DNA of 63,062 nt, the filler included, from Reticulomyxa filosa (Eukaryota; Protista; Foraminifera): NCBI GenBank assembly GCA_000512085.1. It is 25 parts of 25 records of this genome, joined end to end, with 100 filler letters (N's around TTAATTAATTAA, not from the genome) between each part and the next. Parts side by side here need not be neighbours in the genome. Positions count along the whole stretch, not along the records: positions 48,846 to 52,815 come from ASPP01008251.1; positions 52,916 to 59,183 come from ASPP01016213.1; positions 59,284 to 60,323 come from ASPP01001360.1; positions 60,424 to 61,647 come from ASPP01006808.1; positions 61,748 to 63,062 come from ASPP01008984.1; 20 more parts are not named here. One strand, written 5' to 3'. Within the stretch, counting starts at the first letter, position 1; each line of letters begins with the position of its first letter. Position numbers and translations under genes: made by a program. Of the stretch, positions 49,881 to 62,950 are shown one piece after another. Under the pieces are notes generated by a model that did no database searches, was not told where the DNA came from, and saw nothing but the letters and a program-made list of their open reading frames with translations.

Positions 49881-52815
49881 CACGGACATTACTTATGCTG
49901 ATATTATCATCTATTATAACCAGACTGTCGATTACTTGAATTTGGACTTGTACGAATATACGGTCAATTTGAACAACAAGGTGTTGTATGCGCTGCAACA
50001 AGTGGTTATCCAAAAATTCACTCAGTATATTCACAACAGTACATTTTTCGCCAATGGTGGACAGGCTGCACAGCACATATGGTTTGTTGATTTTTGCGCA
50101 GTGTTTTCATTGAACCTGTATTGTCGTGACAGAGACTACACCGTCAAGATTATCAAAGACTGGACCATTGAAGATCGTGTGGCGTATAAAAGTACCTATT
50201 TTGCACAAGGCAAGGTTACCTATGAAGGAGATAACCCCTCCATTACCGATAAGCAACAACGCGAAATTTATACTGTCTTAAGTCAGGAATTGCCACTTGT
50301 GACGAGTATCATTGAGGAACAAATGTCAGATTTGTACAAGACAACACCAAAAACACGGCGACTTGTCGAATACGGTAACTTTTTGTTTATGTATATATTT
50401 TTTTTTTTTAAAAAAGAACCACAAAAAATTTTATTTTTTTTTGTGGTAAACATTGAACCAGATGGTAAGTTTATTGTGGGAAACATTCAACTTGAAGAAA
50501 CATTTTTGATTATTCCTCAAAACGTAACTTTCACGGATGTTTTTGGAAGGAGTGTGGATGCAATCAATATTGCCATTCTTGGCTTGGTCGGAATTGGCTT
50601 TTTGTTCGCCTTTGTTTCGAGATTTTATGGTGCTGGCATTGGTGCAGACAACGTCAAATCATCGTCTTTGGTCATTTATATGCTGTACTTATGGGACTTT
50701 TATTCCGATGGTTAGTAACAGTATCCCCAACAAAATTTATTTTAGACCCTTTTTTTTTTTTTTTTTTTTTGCTTATTTCCACAAATTAATGTTAATGGGT
50801 TGTTTGTATTAGTGTTGCTGAATGTTCGAATGATTTCCAAAGGGGCATACTTACCGTTTGCTGTTGGTATCTTTTTTTTGGTGACACCGTACGCGATGGG
50901 AATGGTAAGGATCCAAAAAAAAAAAAAATTATACGTAAATAAAAAATTTTTTAAAAATGTGCCTTTGACGTAGATTCAATTGTTCCAATGGGAAAAAAAA
51001 TGGCTGCAAGATCAGACAATGAGAGAAGCAATCGAAACCTGGCTAAAAAAATACAAAGTTGTGTTGGTGTTATTGGCGCTGCTCAGTGGTACTTCCTTTG
51101 CGGCTGTGGAACTGTGCAATAGCAACATATTTTCGCTACCTTACTTTTCAATGGGCTTAGCTGATCGACATGTGAAGCGCTTTGTGTCAAGACGATTGTA
51201 TTCCACGATTCTCTTCGAGGTACTGTGTTTTGTCATGTGTGTTTATGGAATAATAGTTGCGTTGGCTTTCGATGTTTGTGGCAATATACGACATATAAAT
51301 ATAAATGTAGAACCTACCCCAACTGGTGATTCAAGCTTGGTATTCGATTGGCTATCTACATGTCTTACACAAAGGATGGGGCTCAATTGATCGTGTGGTC
51401 ATCTATGCGTTTGCCTCGAGTGTGGCCTCGATGGTTGTTGCATTCTTGGATGTGTATTCATCTCGTGATTTGATTAAATCGATGAAAGAGCTCAACATGT
51501 TTTACCAAGGAGAAGAGGCTGGCGAAGAGAGCATATCTAGCAAGACTTTCTATGTAGTATTAGAAAGTGTCGAAATTGAGGAAGAGCGACAGAGATTATT
51601 GACACGTACTGCACCTTTGAAAAAGGCCATTGCACAGATTTTGGAAGTTTCCGACAGAGTTGTGGAGATGCAACAAGCAGTGTCACGATACAATGGTGTC
51701 CGCATTGCTTTCACAGTGCTCACTACAGAAAAAACCAAACACGAATTGTTAATGCAACTTTGTCAATCGATCAATGAAGGAGAATTCGCTGTGGTAATGT
51801 TTTTATTTTTATTTTTAGTTTTGTTGTTGTAATGTTCATTACACATAATTACATCCTTCACATACTTTTTCGCAAGATGATCCAAACGGCGTGGGGATTA
51901 AAATATTTCCCTGAAGTGTCACGAGTGGAAACGTTGGTTGGCAACAAAATTCTGTAAGTTTTTTTTGTGTTGTAGCCCTTTTTTTTTTATTATTTCAAAA
52001 TTGGGTGAAGTATATTTTGATCTGCAAAGTTTATTTTCCTTGTTCATCTGTATATGTGTGTATACGTACCGTAGTATGGTTCGTTTGGCTGATGGTGCAA
52101 TCGTTGATCCTGAGTCAGGAAACGTTGTGGCTGCTGGGCTCGGTGGTCTAATGACAACAGACGGACAACCTGTGATGACATTACCTACTGAAGCAGTATT
52201 TGGGCCTAATGGAAAAATCATCTCTTGTATGCTTGTTTTTTTTTATTTTCATATTTTTGTTATATGTAATACAAAAAAAAAATTGTTTTTCAACTCAAAA
52301 CACCCGCAGCTACGGGAAGAGACGGACCAAGAGACGGAGAAGTCGAATGGGGAATGGGAACTACCCTCGACGGAGCGTTTACCAGCGGAACTGATGGTGA
52401 AGAGCCACCACCGCCTCCACCACCACCAGAAGAAGAAGACGGAGAATTGAAACCTCCAACCTCGTTTACACAACGACTTTCCGGGTTCTTTGGGATAGGC
52501 AGACCCCCCAAGATGATAAATAACAAGGCTCAACAAAACAACCAATCAAATATGAATCAAGTGCAAGTAATGACGGCAGCAGAAATTCAAATGCATCCAA
52601 TGTCATATAACCAAGATAATCAAAGTTTACCTGTCTATCCACCTCAACCAATTGAAAAAGTAGTCAGCGACTCAGCTGTCCCATTAAGTCCTCATCAATC
52701 GTCTGAATATCAGCCTCAATATCAACCCCAACATGAATATCAGCCCCAATATCAACTCCAACCTGAATATCAACCACAACCTGAATATCAGCCCCAATCT
52801 GAATATCAGCCCCAA
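48846..52815 (+). CDS. Multi-pass membrane protein with long K/P/T and TRHP repeat stalk, XK-related-like motifs and YQPQ-repeat tail (partial at both ends)
   Basis: Repeat-coding region 48846-49880 reads into ORF 49936. Hydrophobic helices at ~50570-50700, ~50830-50900, ~51055-51110 and ~51390-51450. Motifs 'WDFYSD' and spliced 'FE|NLPQLVIQ'. Apparent indels inside the repeats. Confidence 0.75.
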
Positions 52816-52979
52816 NNNNNNNNNNNNNNNNNNNNNNNNNNNNNNNNNNNNNNNNNNNNTTAATTAATTAANNNNNNNNNNNNNNNNNNNNNNNNNNNNN
52901 NNNNNNNNNNNNNNNAAAAAAAAAAAAACAGGAAGAACAATAAAACAATATTCACACAAAACAAAATAAAAAATAAACA

Positions 52980-53834
52980 AACCCGGGAATCAGGATTGAC
53001 AAGCCGGACACATAATCCAGAATCTTCACCAGAACCACCAATAATCGAGCAATGCATTTCGTGACATGCTCGTAATGCATAATCAACGCGGGCAAACGAA
53101 ATCAGTGCAATCAGTTCATTCGAACTTCCCACCATTTCCATTACTCTTTTTTCACGTTTCCCTCGCTCGTCTGCCGACTGTGAGGCTGTTTTGTCAAAAC
53201 TTATATCCACGATGTCGCCATACGGAACAAAGTAATTATAAAGCTCTTGTTCAGTCACGTTTCTATGGATGTGTGCGTTATGCGTTTTTTTTTTGTTTTT
53301 TTTTTTTTTGTTGCCTCATTTCAATCTTCAAAAGGAGATTTTCACATACTACAAACAAAGCTCAAAAAGGGACAGAGAGAGAGAGAGGAAAAAAAAAAAA
53401 AAACAACCCCCATTTTTGGTCCACATACAATGGCAAATTTGAAACTCGCACTGTTGTCAATGTTTCCTTGCGCGACCAAACCACTCGTACGTTTATTGCG
53501 CATCCGTCAACGACTGCTTGGTCTTTTTCTTTTTTTTTTTTTTTTAAAAAAATGAAAACACGCTTTCTCGAGATAAAATAATGAAAAAAAAAAAAGGTCA
53601 CTTATTTTATTTGCATACGAAAAGAAAAAAAAAAAGGTTTTTTGAGGCTTAACTACAAGCAGCCAAACGAGAGATTCTCGGGTGGTGAAACTGGATCAAC
53701 GCACCTGCTTTTAAGGTCATTTGACAATGCCAAATTTCCACTCGCTTGATTGGTCCCATTTCACCAAATATCTCCAAAGCTTGCTTTTTGTCAAAGTTGG
53801 AAGGCAAGTTTACAACATTTATCCACTCGCTCAT
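52980..53834 (-). CDS. RRM RNA-binding protein (2 RRMs visible), multi-exon, 3'-partial
   Basis: 'INVVNLP...IFGEMGPIKRVEI...ALIQF' and 'VRVSNLPLY|VTEQELYNYFVPYGDIVDI...ALISF...A..A..EMH'. Confidence 0.8.
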
Positions 53835-55777
53835 TCTTCTTGGTCACTATCTGTATCATTCACCAGACCAAGAACAACCCCGACGCTAATTAACTCTTCT
53901 TTTGTTACGTCCTAAAAAAAATTTAAATAAACACTACCACAAAACGTACAGTTTTCAAAGTCGGAAATGGATTGGAATTGGCTGTTCAAAAGCTTGGTAT
54001 TGCCACCAAACCCCTTATCAAGAAAAACACACTCTGTTCCAAGGGTTTTTAACGCTTCTGGTTTTGTTCTTCGTTGCGATGACTCACTGGCTCTTTTACA
54101 TAAGGTTTAAACAAAATATTACATCATAACCAGAATAGGAAGAAGCAATCATCATTTTATGAAAATTTTGATAGTATTACAATATATTCTTTAAAGATTT
54201 TTGAAAAGTCCTTTTCGAGTGTTAAACTTTATTCTAAATTTATATTCACTAGTTTGTTAAACACTAATTTTAGTGTTGTCTTAATTATTCAAAAAATTTG
54301 TATAATGAACTTGTTGATATTCAGTTTGTTTTACGAATGTTCAACAATAGAAGGTTCAACACTTCGGAAAACTGCAAGTTCAACTGTAATACGACGTTTA
54401 CTCTTTAAGTAAAATTCAGCAAAAACAAAAATAAACTAACTAAATAGAAAAGAGTAAAACAATATCAATAGAATGAAGTCAGTTGGTGAAAAAGACAAGT
54501 AGATTTGAAAAAGAATTTTAAGTTCGTCCTGAACTTCCTTCATGCAATGTGCATTGTACACTATTTAATCATTTAGCTATTCTAATTTGTGATATCACAC
54601 TTTGTATCTTTTTTATCATAGTTAACATTTCTGACAAATACGGATACGTTGTGCTTTACTGCATGCAAAACGTACGAATACAGATACTAACTATGAAAAG
54701 GAACTCCCAATTACGATAACCTTGTAGATGTACTATGATTTAGTTGTTCTGTATGTCCTTATGTAAATATCTTGATTTAAGTTAATTTTAATATTAAAAT
54801 ACATGATCAAACAGTAAGTAATTCGGTGATTTAGTTTTTTGGATATTTTTTATTTTATGTTAACTCTTTTTATTTAATATCTCTTTATGTTACAACGTTC
54901 AATCATTGTTATGCTTATAATTGTGCCACAAGTGAATTTGCAATATTGTCGATCTTCTTCCATGTATATGCTTGTTTTATGTCCTCAATGTAGTAATTCT
55001 CAAATAAGTCTTTTTAATTTTGACTGAAAGTGAAAAGTGTGACCTTGGATATATAGTATTTATGTATGGTGGGCTTTACATTTTGTGGAGATTATCTAAC
55101 GTATATCTATTACACTATAACGTATCTCACAAAAGGATACTTGCACGTACTTACACAGTAAATTACGATCTGTTGATCTTTATTTTTATTTTTTTCGCAT
55201 TCATCTTAATATTATTGCACCAGATAACCTTTTTGTTTCAATTTGATTAAGCATGAACGATATTGAAAAACTGAAAAACTTTTTGGCAGATTGCATGATG
55301 TGTACATTGCAATGATATTGACTAATGCACATTCATACTTACATTTGTGTTATGTTTTGCAAATTGATAACTTTGCTACTTCAAGTTTATGCTGGATATT
55401 GTCAGCAATGTTGTTTGCGACCATATAGGTTGTGCAAGATACACTTTCTTCGACAAGAAACAAGCTGAGAGAAAAATGTGCTGGACGCGAAAAGAGAAAT
55501 TAAACAAAACGATTCTTGATACACCCAAATTGAAAAGAACGAATTACTGGTCAAAGACAATAACATATGTAACTGCCAGCAAATAACGAATAGTAAAATT
55601 TTCATTTTCACACACGACATCAACCTTCTCAATGACGACAACAAAAGATCAGACACTTCTAATAATTTTGGTTTATTTTATCAAAAAAAAAACTACAAAA
55701 AAAAAATGACACTAATTGGTCTTTTTCCCTCTTTTCAACACAAAAGGAGAAAACAAACAAATAAACCGAAAAATATT

Positions 55778-57072
55778 TCATTGTTGATGGATCTTGGTCA
55801 AATGAACTTTAAGGCTTTGGTTGACACGAAACTTGCGATCGCATAATGTACAACAGTAGCGTTTCAGTTTAGAGTGAGTCTACAAAACAGATACATTTTC
55901 ATGATCAACCTCATTTTTAGTAGCTTTTTACAAGTATGTTTTCGCATTTTAACATCAAACATCAAACTACGCGACCACGACAACAAAAAAATGAAAAAAG
56001 TCATGTGTGGATAGAACTACGCAAAAAAATTTTTTTTTTCCTCCATTTTTTTTTTTTAAAAAGAGAAGAAATACACATATATAAAACTAAACTCGAATAT
56101 GTTGATTCAAATTTCTTTTACATGCAAAAGACTTGTGACAAGAAGTACATGGATATGGCTTCTCTCCTTTGTTTATTTATTATCATTGAAGATTTTTTTT
56201 TTTCCATAATTGATTGTTATAATCGAATGCAAAAAAAAAAAAAAAAAATAACCAGTGTGTGTTCGAATATGATCACTCAAATACGACTTGCGAGCAAACT
56301 TTTTGTCACAATAGGGACAACCACGAGTGGTGGGATCGTGGATACGTTGGTGACGCTTTAAACCTTTCTCAGATTGGTAACAACGGCCACAATCCTTACA
56401 TGCATAAGGTTTGTCGCAATATCTGTTTCCTTTTTTTTTTTTTCCCCCAAACAAACGAATAAATAAATAATAGTAGTAAAAAAAAAAAAAATACTATTTA
56501 TTTTTTTGGTTTGTTTGTGGTCTAGTTAACTTCGCTTTTGGACAACCGGAGATGTCATTTCATTCATTGCATTCTCGTCTTCATTTTTCACGTGACTGTG
56601 GCTGCGACTGCGACTGCGACTGCGACTGTAACTATGACTGCGACTTTGACTTTGACTTCGACTTTGGCTACGAGTGCGATTGCGATGATGAATAGGGCCA
56701 GGATGGGAAGTGGGAGTGGAATGACGGATAGGGAAATTAGCTGGGTTGTAGTGATCCGTTGGACTAGACAAGGAAGGGAGGTTGAAAAGTATGGCCTGAG
56801 AATTCGATCCCAACGTAGTGACAGGACAAGTTTGTCCGCACTTATTGGGTCGAATTGCATTGGACTTCTCTTGGTTCGTTACGTCCATTACTGTTTCACC
56901 ACTATTGCACCCCAGTGTTGTCCCTGTCATCGCCGTTGTCTCCGACGAAAAGGAAGATAACAACGCTGCCGCCATTTCAATATCACTGATTGAGGTTGGG
57001 ATAGGACGTATCCTGTTTAGGTTACTATTGCAGTTATTATTATTATTATTATTATTTTTATTATTTTTATTA

Positions 57073-57106
<34 letters not shown>

Positions 57107-57731
57107 TGTTATCTATTGTTGTAAATTGTCCTGATTCGTCACGCTTGTCTGCAGTCTTACAACTATTATCTTGTGGATTTGCATTACAACTTGCACCGAG
57201 ACTGACGCTCATTTGCGCTGGATTACTTCTTTGGACATTGGCGAACATACTCGGTGCCGTTGGGACGACGATTAATGGCTTTGAGGCATGTTGGTGCTGC
57301 TGCGCTGGCAGATATTGTAATGCATGCAAGTGATGGAGAGGTGATAACGGTGACAGTGGTGATGGTATCAATACCGGAGGATAATGATACGGATTGTACG
57401 AAACAACGTGACGCTCACTATCCAATGATGGCGTCATTGGATACAATACGACCAAGGCATTTTGCATTGCAGGTGCCATTTGATACGACAGTCCATTACT
57501 ATTGATTTCGTTTCTAGTCCACATTTGCCCCTTCTTCGCTTCGTCGTTGCACATTGATGTTGCCACTAATGACGACGACCCACTGCCATTACCTGCATGT
57601 AATAACGTCGCTGTGGGTCTTGGGCTCTCACTTGCGTCAAACAATGGTAGTGCAGAATGCGAGACCAAGACGGGCAGCCCATTAATATTATCATTTTTTG
57701 CAACATTTCCGGGAATTCGAAATAATTCCAT
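55778..57731 (-). CDS. C2H2 zinc-finger protein (4 fingers) with long disordered N-terminus
   Basis: Fingers 'CKDCGRCY..H..IH', 'CPYCDKKF..HIRTHTG|EKPYPCTSCHKSF..HIR' and 'CTLCDRKF..HLTKIH' are spread over three small exons. ATG at 57731, TGA at 55778. Confidence 0.85.
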
Positions 57732-58329
57732 AGTATATAGCGTGACGTAGGGGAAAAGAAAAAAAAAAGGAGAGTGGGATAAAAAGATAATCAAAATTAC
57801 TGCAAGTTTTTATAAATATCACAAAATTACTTTTGTTCATTTTCCAATTTTAAGGGCTTTCAAAAATCCCTCTCTTTTAAAAAGGCCAACTTTGCAAAAA
57901 CATGCGCACACTTTTATATAATAAACAATAGACTACGTATATCGTCACATGCACTTAACAAAAGTGAAGCAATTTTTTGTTTGAATGCATTGCACCTTTT
58001 TCCTTCCAATTCGCAGGATCGAGTTTCCCAAAAGAAAGGATATTAGATTTGGTCTTTGAAGCAGCTACTTTGGTCAAAATATGATTTAGTATCGCTTTAA
58101 TGAGAGAAAATTTGTAGACAGTATACCCTCTAATTAGCAAGAGTCACAATTATAATTCTAACAACTAGATACCAAATCCATGGTGCAAGTCTACTTGCCC
58201 ATTTATTCGTGTTGAATTTTTAAAAATTGTTCTTTTGTCACTGTCTCAAAACGTTTCGTCCTTTCAACGGAAACTAAAAAAGTTATCGATTCCCAAAAAA
58301 GAAAAAAAAAGATCCCAAATCTGATGATT

Positions 58330-59103
58330 TTTTTATTTCTCTTCCATTTGCATAAAGTCCTTCAGCAGAACTTTGGACATACTGTCAACAATAGCACGAG
58401 CTTCTTTCTGTGTATACAGTGAGGATTAAAGACACAAAAGAAAATGTAAGTACAAATGAAAACAAGTCAAGCAAAGAAAAATATAACTGGATCTTTGTCA
58501 TGTTTGGCCTCAATGTAATATTTCAATTTTGGCTCTGTTCCCGAATTTCGCAAGGTGACAGTAGCTCCATTGTCGAACCAAAAAGTAATCATTTGACCAC
58601 TCGGTTGAAGAGGAAATTTGCTCTTTTTGTCTTTTTCCGCGCTATCAAAGCCTGTGGTGACATCGCGTATACGAGTGATTTTGAAAGGCCCCATATGGTT
58701 CGGATACGAATTCGTGTCAGGCCAACACCTCAATTTTGAAAACACTTGGGACATTTTCTTTTCATCCGCAAACCTGTACGAAGGTTCCATCTCATAGTAA
58801 CCATATCTTTTCAACGAGCGCCAAAAAAAAAATAAAATAATAAGTCACATTTTTTTAAAAAAAAAGCAAACAAAACACAATACGTTACCAAAAGTGTACA
58901 TCATGATAAAATGTTTGAAAAAGCAATGAGATGACAAATATAAAAGAGATGCGAAAAAAAAGAGGAAAAGAGGCAAACAATTGGCGTGAATTAAATTGAA
59001 CTTGGCTCTCAATTCTTCCAATTTGTCAGCACACGTTTTTCCGCTCTTGTACAATTGTGCCGCCATTTCGTGGAATGCCACACCACAACGGATCCCGTCC
59101 TTT
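58330..59103 (-). CDS. Phosphoglucomutase-2 / phosphopentomutase family, C-terminal exons
   Basis: 'DGIRCGVAFHEMA..LY', 'YGYY', 'IRDVTTGFDS' and 'MITFWFDNGATVTLRNSGTEPKLKYYIE' are PGM2-type motifs. Confidence 0.88.
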
Positions 59104-60423
59104 GTTTTGTTGTTTGTTTACATTGTGCTTTTCATTTTTCTTTGAGTTTATCTTATTTTGATAGTACAAAAAAAAAAAAAAAANNNNNNNNNNNNNNNNN
59201 NNNNNNNNNNNNNNNNNNNNNNNNNNNTTAATTAATTAANNNNNNNNNNNNNNNNNNNNNNNNNNNNNNNNNNNNNNNNNNNNATTTAGTACTGTATTCA
59301 ATTTTGATTGAGGTGCTTGTTTTACAATATTTTGCCTTTGTGTCAATTTAACAAATTACATTCTTTCCATCTAAAAAAAAAAAAAAAATATTCTATATGC
59401 CTTTACATTACTTGGGCACAATATCAATTATAATCAGCATAATCAACATATTCTTTTTGCTTATTGAATGTCGTAATAATGTTTGCAAGAGAAAGATGAT
59501 TTAACCCCGTATCTGATAACTCAAATTACTTGTTTTCAAATTTAAAAGCTGTTAAGGTAATTTTTTTTTCAAATCTCTTAAGGTGGCGCGTCATTAACAT
59601 GAGCTTTTTTCTCTAAATGTTTATTTAATTTAAGAAAAAAATTACATAGAGTAAAGTCCATTTTTACAATGTTTCTTGAATTGTAATTATATTATGTTTT
59701 GATTGATGCACCATCTAAAATGATTATTGATCCTTTTTCTTAAATGTTTTATGAACTAATTGCATATTTGCAAAAAAGTAATTTAACAAAGAATAATTCT
59801 AAATTCAATGAGCCAGTCTGTTTAAAATGAGCTTAAAAAAAAAATAATTCATACAATTGTACGCTCTTATGCGTTCGAATTACTCATTTTCTATAATTTT
59901 GAGTAAACTAGAAATTAATACCAAAAAAATCTTATTAAACAAAACATTTTTTGCTAGTAAAGAAGCAAAAATACTAAGAAATTAAAAGTTATTTCAGTTT
60001 TAACAAGTCCTTCATTTTACTCATATTCTCTTTGTATAGTTTTAGAGATTTGTTAATTTGCTTGCAATGACAAAAAAGAAAGAACAGTTTTGTGTATGTA
60101 TAAATAATGAATGTGATTATAAGTTAAATAAGACACAAAGTTTTGCTATAATAAATTGAAAAAAATATGTTTTATTTGTGTGGTGTCTTAGTATTTTACA
60201 AAGTAAAAAACTTATTTCTTATTACAAAATTATATTTACTAAACAAAAAAAATTAATTTCAATTTTTTATTGACCCTTAGTGAGCTTAAAAAAAAAGTGA
60301 AAAAGAATCTTTCATCATCTTTANNNNNNNNNNNNNNNNNNNNNNNNNNNNNNNNNNNNNNNNNNNNTTAATTAATTAANNNNNNNNNNNNNNNNNNNNN
60401 NNNNNNNNNNNNNNNNNNNNNNN

Positions 60424-60645
60424 ACCGCTACACCGCCACCCAGATCATGGAACGCGTACGCCATGCCGTGGCCGAGCTGCAGCTGGCCAATCCGCAAGGG
60501 GGTGAGCCGGTACAGTTCACCGTCAGCATCGGCATCAGCGAACTGTACCCCGGCGACGCCACCGCCACCCCGATGATGGCCCGCGCCGACGCGTCGCTGT
60601 ATCTGGCCAAGCAGGAAGGCCCGCAACCAGGTGCGCGCCGGCTGA
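60424..60645 (+). CDS. Bacterial GGDEF (diguanylate cyclase) domain, C-terminal end
   Basis: 'FTVSIGIS...MARADASLYLAKQEG' continues as 'RNQV' if one C is removed from the run at ~60620. TGA at 60643-60645. Confidence 0.85.
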
Positions 60646-60655
60646 TCCTGGTCAA
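60642..60655 (+). promoter_or_regulatory. Putative FNR/Anr box upstream of ccoG
   Basis: CTGAT-CCTG-GTCAA matches TTGAT-N4-ATCAA at 8/10 positions and lies ~110 nt before the ccoG ATG. cco/fix genes are typically FNR-family regulated. Confidence 0.5.
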
Positions 60656-60763
60656 ACCCACGCCATGGCAGGGCACTGTGCCCTGCCGATCGGCCCTATC
60701 TGTGCCTGTCTGTGCCCCCTGCTGCTGCCTAAGCTGCGGCATCGTTTCAGCAAGGGCAAGCAC

Positions 60764-61647
60764 ATGGCCATCCCCATCCACTTCGTCTCCAGCAAGGTTT
60801 ATCCCAAACTCACCCGCGGTCGCTTCAGCCACTGGCGTACCGGCTTCGTCATCGTCACCCAGCTGCTGTACTTCCTGACCCCTTGGCTGCAATGGCAGGG
60901 GCAACAGGCCGTGCGCTTCGATTTCGGCAATATGCGGCTGTACCTGTTCGGCCTGACCTTGTTACCGCAAGACCTGATCTACCTGGCCGGCGCACTGATC
61001 GCCAGCGCACTGGGCCTGTTCCTGTGGACCATGCTGGCCGGCCGGCTATGGTGCGGGTTTTCCTGTCCGCAAACGGTGTACACCGAAATCATGGTGTGGA
61101 TCGAGCGCCTGTTCGAAGGCCCGCCCAACGCCCGCCGCAAACGCGACGCCGGGCCGTGGGGTGCAGACAAGCTGCTGCGTAAAGGCGCCAGCCAAACCAG
61201 CATGGTGCTGTTTTCGCTGTGGACCGGCCTGACGCTGGTGGGCTACTTCAGCCCGATGCGCGAACTGGCGGCCAACCTGCTGGCCGGCCAGATCGGTTTC
61301 TGGGAAGCCGGCTTCGCGCTGGGCTACGGCGGTTTTACCTGGCTGCTGGCCGGCCATCTGCGCGAACAGGTGTGCAAACACATGTGCCCGTACGCCCGTT
61401 TCCAGGGTGTGATGTTCGATCGCGACACGCTGGTCGTGTCCTACGACACCCAGCGCGGCGAGCCGCGCGGTGCACGCCGCAAACAGGGGGCGCAGCCACA
61501 GGGCGACTGTGTGGATTGCGGCCTGTGCGTACAGGTGTGCCCGGTCGGTATCGACATCCGCCACGGCCTGCAGTACGAGTGCATTGGCTGCGGCGTCTGC
61601 ATCGACGCCTGCGACGAGGTGATGGACAAGCTGGCGGTGCCACGCGG
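60764..61647 (+). CDS. ccoG: Bacterial cbb3 oxidase accessory 4Fe-4S membrane protein CcoG/FixG, 3'-truncated
   Basis: 'GRLWCGFSCPQTVYTE', 'REQVCKHMCPYARFQ', 'RGEPRG' and 'GDCVDCGLCVQVCPVGIDIR.GLQYECIGCGVCIDACD'. GC-rich and intronless. Confidence 0.95.
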
Positions 61648-62590
61648 NNNNNNNNNNNNNNNNNNNNNNNNNNNNNNNNNNNNNNNNNNNNTTAATTAAT
61701 TAANNNNNNNNNNNNNNNNNNNNNNNNNNNNNNNNNNNNNNNNNNNNTGGACTTGCCCTACAACAATATTAGTATATATTTTAAAAAAAATTAAATCTTT
61801 ATTTTTCGTGGAGAAAATTGATTCTCTTCATATAATGCCATTTAGGTATAGCAGTTTTTTTTGCAATCTATTGTATAATCTTCTCACTAACACTTGAATA
61901 CAGTACTAATTAATACAATATGTTATAAACAACAATCGATGCTTCAACTTTGCGACTATAATTGAGCCAAAATTATTTTGGACAATTAAGAAAAAGTGTT
62001 ATTTAATTAGTCTGGCTCAAAACAATATCAGTTTGACAATAAAATAAATGGTTTAAACATTCAATCATAACACTCAACTTCTATTACCTCATAAAATGTA
62101 TATTAACTTGAACCTTTTTGTCCATAAAACTTTTCTTGTGCTGTGTTTTGAGAATTCTTTCTTTATTAATGTATTTTTGTTTTATTGAAACCTGTTTCAG
62201 TAACGAAGTTACTTTCGCATTAAACTTAAGTTGCACTCCTACAAAAGTTAAAGTGTTTGATTTTCAACTCTTTTATAAAATGACAATCTTCGTGATCTTT
62301 AAAAAATTATTAAACTTCACTTTAGACACTTGCAAGTTTTATTTTACTTCTGCTGTCAAGACAACTCTGGTTAGCAAAAAATAACTTTTGTTGTTTAATG
62401 CTTACACTATACGAGAGAAAAGAGTTTTGTAAAATTTCTTCAAATCTAAACTTACTCCGTAAAAAAATGTAAACCAACTTATGCATTGCTTATTTGCTAA
62501 TTAAAAAAGATATTTTAAACCTGGCAATTTTATGGGGGAAAAAAAAAATAATGTATTATGTTTTTAATAATTATATATTGTAACAAAAAA

Positions 62591-62950
62591 CTAGGCTTGT
62601 TTAAGTGGAGTGAGATGAACACGGTATCCATCTGTCATATTTAAGATGGGTCCACCTTCAACACGAGGCTCTTCAGTGTCCACAGGGGTGTAGTCAAAGG
62701 TTTTCAAAAAATGGCAAGCAAAGATTTTGGCTTCCAAAAGAGCAAACGTTCTGCCCAAGCACAGACGAGGAGCAATGTTGAATTGTGGGAACATATGTGG
62801 AGGAAATGCCGCCACTCCTTGTTCGTACCATCGCATCGGATCAAATTTTGATGGGTCCTCAAAATATTTTGGATTTCGCGCCTGGCTCCATACATGTATC
62901 ATCACCATATTACCCTCACGAATCGTATATTTTTTCTCGTCTTTTCCTCC
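62591..62950 (-). CDS. Cytochrome P450, last exon
   Basis: 'FEDPSKFDPMRW' (PERF region) and heme-binding 'FNIAPRLCLG', followed by 'FALLEAK'. An AG acceptor lies near 62950. Confidence 0.9.
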   Translation of the reverse strand, partial: GGKDEKKYTIREGNMVMIHVWSQARNPKYFEDPSKFDPMRWYEQGVAAFPPHMFPQFNIAPRLCLGRTFALLEAKIFACHFLKTFDYTPVDTEEPRVEGGPILNMTDGYRVHLTPLKQA

